A stretch of 43,276 nucleotides of DNA from a bacterium (GTDB taxonomy: Bacteria > CAIJMQ01). Under the pieces are notes generated by a model. That model searched no databases and was not told where the DNA came from. It worked only from the letters and a program-made list of their open reading frames with translations. Both the position numbers and the translations under genes were made by a program. The stretch spans positions 1 through 43,276 of the forward strand of contig JAGLSL010000034.1 of assembly GCA_023135785.1 (NCBI GenBank). The letters are read 5' to 3'. The first letter of the stretch is position 1. Every line of letters begins with the position of its first letter. This document shows positions 16,944 to 25,476 of this stretch, piece by piece.

Positions 16944-18182
16944 TTGAAGATGAGCATCAAAGTTATAAATGACAAATGCACAGGCTGTAGATTGTGTCTT
17001 AGTGTCTGCCCCGTTAATGCAATCGAAATCAAAGATAAACCTGCCCGCCATTACTACGAAGGCGGGCAAGCCCGCCAGAGTAGTAGTGGCGGGAAAGCTG
17101 TAATCCTTCCAAACTGCACATTTTGCGGTGTCTGCGTAGACGCATGTAAATTTAACGCTATCGTTATTACAAAAGAAGAAAAAAAAGCAAAAGAAGGATA
17201 TAAAGGCGTTTGGGTGTTTGCCGAAAGAAAAGGCGATGCGCTTCATGGTGTAGGTATAGAACTCTTATCCTGCGGCAGAGATATAGCAAACAAATTAGGT
17301 GTTGAGTTGGTATCAGTTCTTGCTGGCGATCATTCCCAAGACGATGCTCAAAAACTTATTTATTATGGTGCAGATAAAGTTTTTATAATAAAAGATTCAA
17401 AATTAAATACAGCCGAAATAGGATTTTTAACTAAAGCATTCTCCGATTTGGCAGAAAGAGAAAAACCTGAAGTTATCCTTTTTGGAGCAACCTCGTTAGG
17501 TAGGTCATTAGCTCCTCGCATTGCAGGACGTCTCAATACGGGACTTACAGCCGATTGCACAGAACTTGATGTAGATATTGATAAAAAACTCTTGCTCCAA
17601 ACACGCCCGGCTTTCGGCGGAAACATAATGGCTACGATCATAACTCCCGCAATGAGACCGCAGATGGCTACAGTTCGTCCAAAAGTAATGAAGAAACCCG
17701 AATTGGACAAAACAAGAAAAGGCGAAATAATAACGATAACCCCCTTGCTTGATGCAAAAGACCAACTTACAAAAATACTGCAAACCATAAGAGAAGAAAA
17801 AGATGTAGTTGATTTACAGGAGGCAGATATAATTGTTTCTGGCGGAAGAGGAATAGGTAAAAAAGAAAACTTTGTTCTTATACAAGAACTTGCAAAGATT
17901 TTAGGCGGCGCAGTTGGCGCATCAAGAGCAACTGTTGACGCGGGATGGATTCCTTCTTATCATCAAGTCGGACAAACGGGCAAAACTGTTCAATCCAAAC
18001 TCTATATTGCTTGCGGCATTTCAGGCGCTATTCAACACCAAGTAGGCATGCGTTCATCAGATATAATAATAGCAATCAACAAAGACCCCGAAGCTCCCAT
18101 CTTTGACATTGCAACCTATGGTATAGTCGGTGATCTCTTCGAAATAATTCCTGCTTTAATAAAACAACTCAAGAAACGATAG
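16944..18182 (+). CDS. electron transfer flavoprotein alpha subunit (EtfA/FixB-like) fused to an N-terminal 2x[4Fe-4S] ferredoxin domain
   Basis: CTGCRLCLSVCP and CTFCGVCVDAC cluster motifs, then an ETF alpha core (GGRGIG..ENF, GASRA.VDAGW....QVGQTGK.V.P.LYIA.GISGAIQH). No etfB lies adjacent. Confidence 0.88.
   Translation: MKMSIKVINDKCTGCRLCLSVCPVNAIEIKDKPARHYYEGGQARQSSSGGKAVILPNCTFCGVCVDACKFNAIVITKEEKKAKEGYKGVWVFAERKGDALHGVGIELLSCGRDIANKLGVELVSVLAGDHSQDDAQKLIYYGADKVFIIKDSKLNTAEIGFLTKAFSDLAEREKPEVILFGATSLGRSLAPRIAGRLNTGLTADCTELDVDIDKKLLLQTRPAFGGNIMATIITPAMRPQMATVRPKVMKKPELDKTRKGEIITITPLLDAKDQLTKILQTIREEKDVVDLQEADIIVSGGRGIGKKENFVLIQELAKILGGAVGASRATVDAGWIPSYHQVGQTGKTVQSKLYIACGISGAIQHQVGMRSSDIIIAINKDPEAPIFDIATYGIVGDLFEIIPALIKQLKKR
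17040..17093. repeat. 54-nt GC-rich tandem double hairpin inserted in frame within the EtfA ferredoxin domain
   Basis: GCCCGCC-ATTACTACGAA-GGCGGGC, AA, then GCCCGCC-AGAGTAGTAGT-GGCGGG. 36/54 G+C inside AT-rich coding sequence. It encodes PARHYYEGGQARQSSSGG. The arm GGCGGGCAAG (17061-17070) is the reverse complement of CTTGCCCGCC at 34938-34947. Confidence 0.85.
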
Positions 18183-18240
18183 GTAAAGCTCTAAGTTTAA
18201 GTGTTAAGCATGAAGAGAAAACTGACGACTAAAGATTATA

Positions 18241-18252
18241 AACCATAAACTA
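18241..18252. repeat. AACCATAAACTA motif copy, ending 3 nt before the fic start codon
   Basis: Exact 12-mer shared with 280-291, with its reverse complement at 214-225. Confidence 0.8.
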
Positions 18253-18254
18253 AA

Positions 18255-19340
18255 ATGTCATTCACTTTTGAATTCAGTATCTTGCCGAAAGTTAACCACG
18301 CAATTATAGAAATAGAAAGAGTAAGGGGTTTTCTAGACGCAGTTAAGGCAAAAAAAAATCAGCTGTTAGATATGCAAAATGAAGTTCTTATGCTTGAATC
18401 TCATTACTCTACACATATTGAGGGAACGGAGCTGACTTTAGACGAGTCAAAAGATATATTAGAAGATATACCCGTTAAAGATGTAAATTCTGGAGACAAA
18501 CAAGAACTACTCAACTATAGAGAAGCTTTAATCCTTATTCGCAAACACATAAACACAGATGCCCCTATTACAGAACAACTAATCAGAGAACTTCATAGAA
18601 TAAGTGTAAAAGATATAAGGAATAACCAAGCCGAGCCGGGGAATTATCGTAAAGTCCAGAATTATGTGGTGAACCTAAAAACACAGGAAATTATCTATAC
18701 TCCGCCGCCTTCTTCGGAAGTACCACAATTAATGAAAGAATTCGTAATGTGGCTTAATAAAAAGAGAGAGTTTCTATCGCCTGTTTTTATTGCAGGCATA
18801 GCCCAAATCCAGCTTGTTAACATTCACCCTTTTATTGATGGCAATGGCAGAACAGCTCGACTGCTTGCCACCCTAATCCTTTACAAAAAAGGATATGATT
18901 TTAAACAGCTTTTTAGTATATCGGAATATTATGACAAAGATAGACCCGCCTACTATGAAGCTATTCGTTCTGTCAGCCAAAACGATATGGATTTGACCTT
19001 ATGGCTTGAATATTTTGTAAAAGGATTGCAATTTCAAATATCTAAAATTAGAGAAAAAGCCGAAAATATTATCCAATTGGAATTATTAATAGAGCAACTA
19101 AATTCTTGCAAACTCAACGACTGTCAAGAAAAAATTATCGGCTATATTTTCCTAAAAGGAAGTATTGACAACGAAAAATGTCAAAAACTGTGTCGCTTAA
19201 CGAAGACAAATTCTATTCGCAATCTAACTTATCTGGTTAAAGAAAATTTAATAGAAACGAAAGATCACGAAAATATATCTTCCTGTCTTTTTTCTAATTT
19301 AGTGCTTGGAATAGTAAAAAATATAAAGAAACACAGGTGA
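18255..19340 (+). CDS. Fic/DOC family protein (AMPylase-type Fido domain) with N-terminal inhibitory motif and a C-terminal region
   Basis: Fic motif HPFIDGNGRTARLL. An upstream S-x3-E-G inhibitory-helix-like motif (STHIEG). 361 aa. Confidence 0.9.
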   Translation: MSFTFEFSILPKVNHAIIEIERVRGFLDAVKAKKNQLLDMQNEVLMLESHYSTHIEGTELTLDESKDILEDIPVKDVNSGDKQELLNYREALILIRKHINTDAPITEQLIRELHRISVKDIRNNQAEPGNYRKVQNYVVNLKTQEIIYTPPPSSEVPQLMKEFVMWLNKKREFLSPVFIAGIAQIQLVNIHPFIDGNGRTARLLATLILYKKGYDFKQLFSISEYYDKDRPAYYEAIRSVSQNDMDLTLWLEYFVKGLQFQISKIREKAENIIQLELLIEQLNSCKLNDCQEKIIGYIFLKGSIDNEKCQKLCRLTKTNSIRNLTYLVKENLIETKDHENISSCLFSNLVLGIVKNIKKHR

Positions 19341-19356
19341 GAATTTTTTAAAAATC

Positions 19357-19764
19357 TTAATTGTTTGATTTAAATGAAGTTATCGTAATAACTCTGCCAT
19401 CATCCATTATCTTTTGAATCTTTTTCTTAAGCTCTTTCTTTATAAATGCTCTGGTAACAGGGATGAGGGCTAAGAAGCCGACAGCATCAGTTAACAATCC
19501 TGGGGTAAGTAGTAGCATCCCTCCGCAAAGTATTATTACTCCGTCAATTATCTCTTCGCCGGGCATTATGCCGCTATTTACTTCTGTTTCTATTTTCTTG
19601 AGTGTTTTAAAACCTTGTTCTCTTGCAAGGAATGCGCCCAGCACTCCTGTTACTATTACAATTATCAGAGTATAAATAACACCGATATGCTTGCCGATTT
19701 CTATTAATAGAGCAAGTTCTATAATCGGGATTAATGTAAAAAGCAGAATTAAATATCCTAACAT
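19357..19764 (-). CDS. fxsA: FxsA family membrane protein
   Basis: MLGYLILLFTLIPIIELALLIEIG...GAFLAREQG is FxsA-like. Start set at the internal ATG, which is preceded by AAGGAGGAG. The longer track ORF lacks an RBS. Confidence 0.75.
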   Translation of the reverse strand: MLGYLILLFTLIPIIELALLIEIGKHIGVIYTLIIVIVTGVLGAFLAREQGFKTLKKIETEVNSGIMPGEEIIDGVIILCGGMLLLTPGLLTDAVGFLALIPVTRAFIKKELKKKIQKIMDDGRVITITSFKSNN

Positions 19765-19842
19765 TTGCCGTCTCCTCCTTTTAAGTCTTTTTATTATACT
19801 AAATAACGATAACAAGCGCGATATATAAAAGGCGAGATATTC

Positions 19843-19871
19843 CTGACAAGAAGTTCAAAAGCAGGTATAAT
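19843..19871 (+). promoter_or_regulatory. sigma70-like promoter placing the TSS at or next to the ATG of the DUF45 gene (possible leaderless mRNA)
   Basis: CTGACA (19843-19848), 17-nt spacer, TATAAT (19866-19871). The ATG at 19879 is 7 nt after the -10 and no SD lies between. Confidence 0.45.
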
Positions 19872-19878
19872 CATAAAA

Positions 19879-20562
19879 ATGTCCGTTACGGTTAAGATAG
19901 ATAAAATAATCCGTTCAAGACGCAAAACTTTGGGTTTGGAAATTTCCGGCGACGCTTCTTTAATTGTTCGCTCGCCATATGGCGTTTCTTTGAATGATAT
20001 CAGGAAAATTATATTTGAAAAAAAGGATTGGATCACATCCAAGCAAAAGATTGCAAGAGAAAGACGTCTTCAAACATTCCCCCGAAAATTTTCAGAAAGA
20101 GAAGAATTTTTATATTTAGGTAAAAGTTATCCTCTTATTATTTTGGAAACTGCAGCAAATCCGCTTTCTTTTGATAAAGAATTTCGGCTGATAAGGAAGC
20201 ATCTTTCATCGGCGCAGAGGTTGTTTATAGATTGGTATAAGAAACAGGCGTATTTGAAAATAAAGGAAAGGTTGGATTTTTATTCTGAATTGTTGGGATA
20301 TAAATATAGCAAGTTCGCATTATCTAACGCTAAGCGACGATGGGGGTCCTGTAACGGCGAGGGTAATATCCATATTAACTGGAGATTGGTTATGGCTCCG
20401 CATCACATTATAGATTATGTGGTTGTCCACGAATTATTCCACTTAAAAGAAAAGAATCATTCCAAAAAGTTTTGGGACAAGGTGAAGACAATCCATGGCG
20501 ATTACAAACGGAAAAGGAAATGGTTAAAAGAAAACGGGCATTTACTGATTATTGAGGGATAG
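19879..20562 (+). CDS. YgjP-like (DUF45) zinc metallohydrolase
   Basis: RRWGSCN..G.I.INWRLVMAP...IDYVVVHELFHLKEKNHSKKFW contains the HExxH motif, with typical DUF45 layout. Confidence 0.8.
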   Translation: MSVTVKIDKIIRSRRKTLGLEISGDASLIVRSPYGVSLNDIRKIIFEKKDWITSKQKIARERRLQTFPRKFSEREEFLYLGKSYPLIILETAANPLSFDKEFRLIRKHLSSAQRLFIDWYKKQAYLKIKERLDFYSELLGYKYSKFALSNAKRRWGSCNGEGNIHINWRLVMAPHHIIDYVVVHELFHLKEKNHSKKFWDKVKTIHGDYKRKRKWLKENGHLLIIEG

Positions 20563-20655
20563 GATATTTTGAGAGTAAACAATCTTTGCCATTAGAAATC
20601 CTATTCTTTTATAGGTAAAATATGTATTGATAATTTCTAATTTAAGGAGCAAAGA

Positions 20656-21105
20656 ATGAAAACATTAATTGTTATCCTATGTATAGTAATTGCAGCTGTT
20701 CTGATAATGGATCTTTTAACCGGTAGAAGGGAAGAAGCTGCTAGAGTTGCTGTTGAATCTTTACTTGAGGCTATAAAAAAAAAGGATACAGACCGAGTTA
20801 TACAATACTTAGATTATGAGAAAGTAGTTGCTGAGTTGGATATGTGGGCAAGTATAGGAGGTGCTGATTTTACTCTTGAGGACATGAAAGCTCAGCTGAA
20901 GGCAAACGCAAACTTGAGGAAAAGAGATTTTGATTACGAAGTTCTTAATGCTGAAGGTAGATATGATGGTACAGTCAAGGTTACGGTTAAACTAAAAGAA
21001 GACACTGTGGTAGAAAGTGTATTTATAATGAAGGAGAAAGATGGGCAATGGAAATGCGACCTGATGGCTACTGGTAAAGAGAATGCAAAAATGGAGGAAA
21101 ATTGA
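20656..21105 (+). CDS. hypothetical membrane-anchored protein (N-terminal TM, small alpha+beta domain)
   Basis: 149-aa ORF with RBS AAGGAGC and a single N-terminal hydrophobic helix. No family recognised with confidence. Confidence 0.55.
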   Translation: MKTLIVILCIVIAAVLIMDLLTGRREEAARVAVESLLEAIKKKDTDRVIQYLDYEKVVAELDMWASIGGADFTLEDMKAQLKANANLRKRDFDYEVLNAEGRYDGTVKVTVKLKEDTVVESVFIMKEKDGQWKCDLMATGKENAKMEEN

Positions 21106-21145
21106 GAAGAGCGAATGCTATTTATAAAAAAAGGAGGGATGAGAT

Positions 21146-21520
21146 ATGGGATGGTTATTGATAATTATCAAGGTGCTGGGTGTGATTATGGCTGTTGTTG
21201 GAATGCTGTTAAGTTCAATACCGCAGAAGGTGATGAAGTTTTTACCTTTCTTTAAAATAACTAAGAGAATTCGTATTGTAGGAATTATAAGATTGGCAAT
21301 TGCCGTTATTTTTTTACTGGCAGCTTCACAATGCAGATGGTCTGTTGTTGTGGCGGTGTTAGGTATTATTACTCTTATAAGCGGTGTTCTTGCTCTTACG
21401 CTTAAGGTGAAGCATATAAAGACGTTTATTGACTGGATTGAAGGCAGGAATGAGATGTTTATTCGTATTATGGGCGGAGTTGTTGTGCTGATTGGATTGC
21501 TGATTATTTTTGCCGCGTAA
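21146..21520 (+). CDS. hypothetical integral membrane protein (about 4 TM)
   Basis: 124-aa hydrophobic ORF preceded by AGGAGGGA. Preferred over the antisense 175-aa ORF 21118..21645, which has no RBS and a low-complexity composition. Confidence 0.55.
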   Translation: MGWLLIIIKVLGVIMAVVGMLLSSIPQKVMKFLPFFKITKRIRIVGIIRLAIAVIFLLAASQCRWSVVVAVLGIITLISGVLALTLKVKHIKTFIDWIEGRNEMFIRIMGGVVVLIGLLIIFAA

Positions 21521-21573
21521 TAAAAACAAACAAAAAATACGCGTAGAGTTTTGTTAAGACAAGAATCTGATGT

Positions 21574-22023
21574 ATGGCAAATAAAAAAGCAAGAGACCTT
21601 TTTGAAAAACTTAAGAAAGAAACATTTTCGCGTAAAAGTCCTCACGAGATATCTCTTGGGATAGGGTTTGGCGCTTTTTTGGGAGTGTTGCCGTTACAAG
21701 GATTTAAAACCGCGATTGTGGTGTTAATAGGAAGTTTTTATAAGAAGGTCAACATCATAGCGGTATTCGCCGCAAGTACCGTATTTTCTTTTATCCCCGT
21801 AGTTCCTTTTGTGTATTTTTTTGATTATTGGGTGGGGGCTAAAATTTTAAGGATACCGGTGGTTTTTACGATGGAATTTTTTAAACATTTCAATATTAAA
21901 ATGCTGAGCAGCGCTGTAGGAGTTTTGTTTTTGGGTGGGGCAGTTGTTGGGATAACATTTGGAATCCTTTCTTATTTTTTATCGTTTATCATTATCCGCT
22001 CACGGGTATTAACCCATAAATGA
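21574..22023 (+). CDS. DUF2062-like membrane protein
   Basis: SPHEISLGIGFGAFLGVLPLQGFKTAIVVL followed by more TM segments matches my memory of the DUF2062 pattern. Confidence 0.55.
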   Translation: MANKKARDLFEKLKKETFSRKSPHEISLGIGFGAFLGVLPLQGFKTAIVVLIGSFYKKVNIIAVFAASTVFSFIPVVPFVYFFDYWVGAKILRIPVVFTMEFFKHFNIKMLSSAVGVLFLGGAVVGITFGILSYFLSFIIIRSRVLTHK

Positions 22024-22162
22024 ACCCCCGTTAAAAAACATTTTTCTAATGGAGTGAATGCAACAAGAGGCTTTAGTAGATATTGCATTGAATTTATTGG
22101 CAGATAAACGATAATCCCTTCAGGGTGAGTATAATAAACAGAGTAGGTGAGGCAGTTTTAAA

Positions 22163-22717
22163 TTGCATATAAAACGAACTTTAAAAAAAATTGTTTCAGG
22201 TGGACAAACAGGTGTCGACAGAGCCGCACTTGATGTCGCTTTGAAGTGCAAGATTGTCTGCGGCGGATGGTGTCCTAAGGGGCGTATTGCAGAAGATGGA
22301 ATTATACCCAAACGTTATCCTTTAAAAGAAACGGAATCTTCAAGTTATGAGGTTAGAACTGAAAGGAATGTTTGTGATTCCGACGGAACACTTGTTTTGA
22401 ATTCGGGGAAACTTACAGGCGGAACGGCTCTTACAGTTGAATACGCTGAAAAACATAAAAAACCTTATCTTATTGTAGATTTGACCCCGAACCACGTTGG
22501 GTACGGGGTTCAACAGAAATACAAAGAAGATGTGAAAGGCGTGGTTGCTTTTGGTAATAAACTTATTGTCCATGATTGGATTTTTAAAAACCATATTAAT
22601 ATTTTAAATATAGCAGGTCCAAGAGAAAGTAAATTACCGGGAATATATAAAATTGCGAAAAAGTTTCTATTGTCATTGCGAGGGAGTGAAAACGACCGAA
22701 GCAATCTCAAGAAATGA
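22163..22717 (+). CDS. SLOG-superfamily protein, putative molybdenum-carrier-like (YpsA/LOG relatives), TTG start
   Basis: SGGQTGVDRAALDVAL, GGWCPKGR and NIAGPRESK.PGIY motifs. The C-terminal SLRGSENDRSNLKK is encoded by repeat copy A. Confidence 0.6.
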   Translation: MHIKRTLKKIVSGGQTGVDRAALDVALKCKIVCGGWCPKGRIAEDGIIPKRYPLKETESSSYEVRTERNVCDSDGTLVLNSGKLTGGTALTVEYAEKHKKPYLIVDLTPNHVGYGVQQKYKEDVKGVVAFGNKLIVHDWIFKNHINILNIAGPRESKLPGIYKIAKKFLLSLRGSENDRSNLKK

Positions 22718-22755
22718 GATTACCGTACCCTCGTAATATTCGGACTCGCAATGAC
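22672..22755. repeat. structured repeat family copy A: GTCATTGCGA ... CCGAAGCAATCTC ... GAGATTAC ... TTCGGAC TCGCAATGAC
   Basis: The outer 10-bp arms GTCATTGCGA (22672-22681) and TCGCAATGAC (22746-22755) are exact reverse complements. Inner arms are GCAATCTC/GAGATTAC. Related copies lie at 34806-34835 (half) and 41616-41741. Confidence 0.88.
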
Positions 22756-22765
22756 ATACTAAGCA

Positions 22766-23209
22766 CTATTTCCAAATAACTTTCACTTTTAATTGCTTTC
22801 TTCCCCAGTTTAATGCCTGTTGATGTTTCGGGAAGAATACATCGATGTGGTTTCCCTTAATAGCACCGCCTACATCGTGAACAACGCCCCACCCATACCC
22901 CGGAACATACATGTGAGTTCCAAAAGGATAAATTGAAGTATCTGCGGCAATCGTTCCTTTTCTTGCTTTTGTTCCGTCAGCTGTTATCCCTACTTTTTTT
23001 ACTTTTCCTTTTAAGGGCCCACTAGTGTAAATGGGTATCCCAAAAAATCCTCTCTTATAGCCGCAACATTTACCGCAGGGACAATATGCGGTAACTGTCA
23101 TTGCGATTGTAGCTTGTCTGCTTCCCTTTATTGGAGGACGCGATCCTGAAACGCAACCGCCTAATAAAAGAAGCGATAGTAATAATGTAAAAGATAATAT
23201 TTTTTTCAT
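22766..23209 (-). CDS. 3D-domain (MltA/RlpA-like double-psi beta-barrel) lipoprotein
   Basis: Lipobox LLLGGC after MKKILSFTLLL. VTAYCPCGKCCG...GITADGT....GTIAAD......G..M.VPGYG.GVV.D.GGAIKGN.IDV is typical of the 3D domain. Start set at the internal ATG 23209. Confidence 0.75.
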   Translation of the reverse strand: MKKILSFTLLLSLLLLGGCVSGSRPPIKGSRQATIAMTVTAYCPCGKCCGYKRGFFGIPIYTSGPLKGKVKKVGITADGTKARKGTIAADTSIYPFGTHMYVPGYGWGVVHDVGGAIKGNHIDVFFPKHQQALNWGRKQLKVKVIWK

Positions 23210-23353
23210 AATGTTCTTAAACTGTGAGCGAGTAGGAATTTCCAATTCCAAAACAAATTACTGATGTTTAATTTCCAATTCTTAATAAAAGATACTAAGT
23301 TTTTTCTGATTTTTTGATTTGTATATTTATCATTAGTTATTAGAAATTGGAAA

Positions 23354-25339
23354 TTAGGAATTTTTTTTCATTGTTTCTTTCATCCTCTTTATCTCATCCC
23401 TTATTATAGCGGCTTTTTCGAATTCCAGTTCTTTGGCAGATTTAAGCATTTCAGTTTCAAGTTCTGCGATTAAAGATTCATCTTCAATTGTATATCTTAT
23501 CCCTTTTTCCCTTACTAAAGAAATAAGGTGCAGACTTTCTGTCTTTGTCTTTATTTCCCGTTTCAAAAGATCAACGACTTTTCTCTTTATTGTTTTGGGT
23601 GTTATATTGTGTTTTTTATTATAATCCATCTGAATTTTTCTTCTTCTGACGGTTTCCTTTATAGCTTTCTGCATTGAATTAGTCATCTCATCGGCATACA
23701 TTACCACTTCACCTCCCACATTCCTTGCGCATCGGCCCATAACTTGGATTAGTGATGTTTCAGACCTAAAGAGACCCTCTTTGTCGGCATCAAGAATTGC
23801 AACCAGAGAGACTTCGGGCAGATCAAGACCCTCTCTTAAAAGATTTATTCCTACAAGACAATCAAAGTCGCCTTTTCTTAAACCGCTTAATATTTCAACT
23901 CTTTCTATTGTTTCTATTTCCGAGTGAAGATATCTTACTTTTACACCCTTCTCAGAAAGATATTCCGCCAATTCTTCTGACATTCTTTTAGTCAGCGTCG
24001 TAACAAGAATTCTTTCGTGTTTTTCTGCCCTCTGTCTTATCCTTTCAAGTAAATCATCTATCTGGTGTTTTGTGGGTTTAATCGTTATTTTCGGGTCTAC
24101 TAAACCGGTGGGTCTTATGATTTGTTCAACAACTTGTTTACTTCTTTCCAGTTCAAATGGCGAAGGTGTTGCCGATAAAAAAATTGTCTTATTCATTATC
24201 CTCTCAAATTCTTCGAATCTTAATGGCCTGTTATCTAAAGCCGAAGGCAGACGGAAACCATATTCTACAAGCGTTTCCTTGCGGGCTCTATCTCCGTTAT
24301 ACATACCGCGGATTTGGGGAACCGTAACATGTGATTCGTCTATTATTAAAAGAAAATCTTTTGGGAAATAATCAATTAAAGTATAAGGTTTCCCCTCGGG
24401 TTTTCTTAAAGAAAGATGCCGTGAATAGTTTTCTATTCCCTGACAATGGCCTAATTCCTGAAGCATTTCCATATCATAGTTTGTACGTGTTTCAAGCCGC
24501 TGGGCTTCAAGGAGTTTATGTTGTTTGTTCAACTCGGTAAGACGAGTTTTAAGTTCTGTTTTTATTGTTTTGATTGCGACATTCAAATTGTCCTGACTGG
24601 CAACAAAATGTTTTGCGGGATAGAGCATTATCTTGTCTATTTCTCTGACAGTATGATTTGTTAAATGGTTGATTTCTTTCATTCTTTCAATCTTATCACC
24701 CCACATTTCGAGCTTTAAAGCGGTTTCTTCATAGGCGGGGAAAACCTCTATTGTGTCGCCTCTTACCCTGAAAGTGCCTCTTTTGAAATTTATGTCGTTT
24801 CTTTCGTATTGCATTTGAATAAGCCGTTCAAGTATATGTTCGCGTTTATATTTTTTATTTTTCTCTAATACCAGAGCCATGTTTTGCCATTCTTCCGGCG
24901 AGCCAAGCCCGTAAATACAAGAGACACTGGCAACGATAATCACATCGTCTCTTGAGAATAGGCTTGAAGTCGCTTTCAATCTCAACCTGTCAATATCCTC
25001 GTTTATGGAAGAGTCTTTTTCGATATATAAATCTTTCATCGGAAGATATGCTTCAGGTTGATAATAGTCGTAATAACTAACAAAATATTCAACGGCATTA
25101 TTTGGGAAAAATTGCTTGAATTCCGAGTAGAGTTGCGCCGCCAATGTCTTGTTGTGCGATATTACGAGCGTAGGTTTATTTATGTTGGCTATGACGTTGG
25201 CAACAGTGAATGTTTTCCCCGAACCTGTGACGCCAAGAAGTGTTTGCTCCTTATAACCGCGTTTCAAGCCGTCAGTTAATTTTTCGATGGCTTTCGGTTG
25301 GTCACCTTTGGGTTTGTATGGAGAAACTAAATTAAACAT
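23354..25339 (-). CDS. uvrB: excinuclease ABC subunit B
   Basis: 661 aa. [10 protein letters not shown] Walker A, DESH box, C-terminal UVR domain (EFEKAA..RDEI). Confidence 0.98.
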   Translation of the reverse strand: MFNLVSPYKPKGDQPKAIEKLTDGLKRGYKEQTLLGVTGSGKTFTVANVIANINKPTLVISHNKTLAAQLYSEFKQFFPNNAVEYFVSYYDYYQPEAYLPMKDLYIEKDSSINEDIDRLRLKATSSLFSRDDVIIVASVSCIYGLGSPEEWQNMALVLEKNKKYKREHILERLIQMQYERNDINFKRGTFRVRGDTIEVFPAYEETALKLEMWGDKIERMKEINHLTNHTVREIDKIMLYPAKHFVASQDNLNVAIKTIKTELKTRLTELNKQHKLLEAQRLETRTNYDMEMLQELGHCQGIENYSRHLSLRKPEGKPYTLIDYFPKDFLLIIDESHVTVPQIRGMYNGDRARKETLVEYGFRLPSALDNRPLRFEEFERIMNKTIFLSATPSPFELERSKQVVEQIIRPTGLVDPKITIKPTKHQIDDLLERIRQRAEKHERILVTTLTKRMSEELAEYLSEKGVKVRYLHSEIETIERVEILSGLRKGDFDCLVGINLLREGLDLPEVSLVAILDADKEGLFRSETSLIQVMGRCARNVGGEVVMYADEMTNSMQKAIKETVRRRKIQMDYNKKHNITPKTIKRKVVDLLKREIKTKTESLHLISLVREKGIRYTIEDESLIAELETEMLKSAKELEFEKAAIIRDEIKRMKETMKKNS

Positions 25340-25447
25340 AAATTCTATTAAAGATTAGTTTTGGTCATTGAATAAATCTTAAATTTTGAATCTTGAATAT
25401 TTGATGTTATTTTACTTTCCTTACCGCTATATTTCAAATTATAGAGT

Positions 25448-25476
25448 TTGACAGAAAAAGTGCAGAGTAGTATAAA
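25448..25476 (+). promoter_or_regulatory. sigma70-like promoter upstream of the small two-gene module
   Basis: TTGACA (25448-25453), 17 nt, TATAAA (25471-25476). A second extended -10 (TGGTATAAT, 25524-25532) lies 35 nt before the ATG. Confidence 0.5.

Noticed and set aside
16731-17246. 171-aa minus-strand ORF spanning the rplQ 3' end, the word-repeat spacer and the etfA 5' end.
   Set aside because: It is antisense to two good genes and runs through low-complexity repeat DNA (FFFCFFFFFC). No RBS.
21118-21645. 175-aa minus-strand ORF opposite the 124-aa membrane-protein ORF.
   Set aside because: The plus-strand ORF has a strong RBS (AGGAGGGA) and coherent TM helices and is co-directional with its neighbours. 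The minus ORF has no RBS and overlaps the start of the next plus-strand gene.
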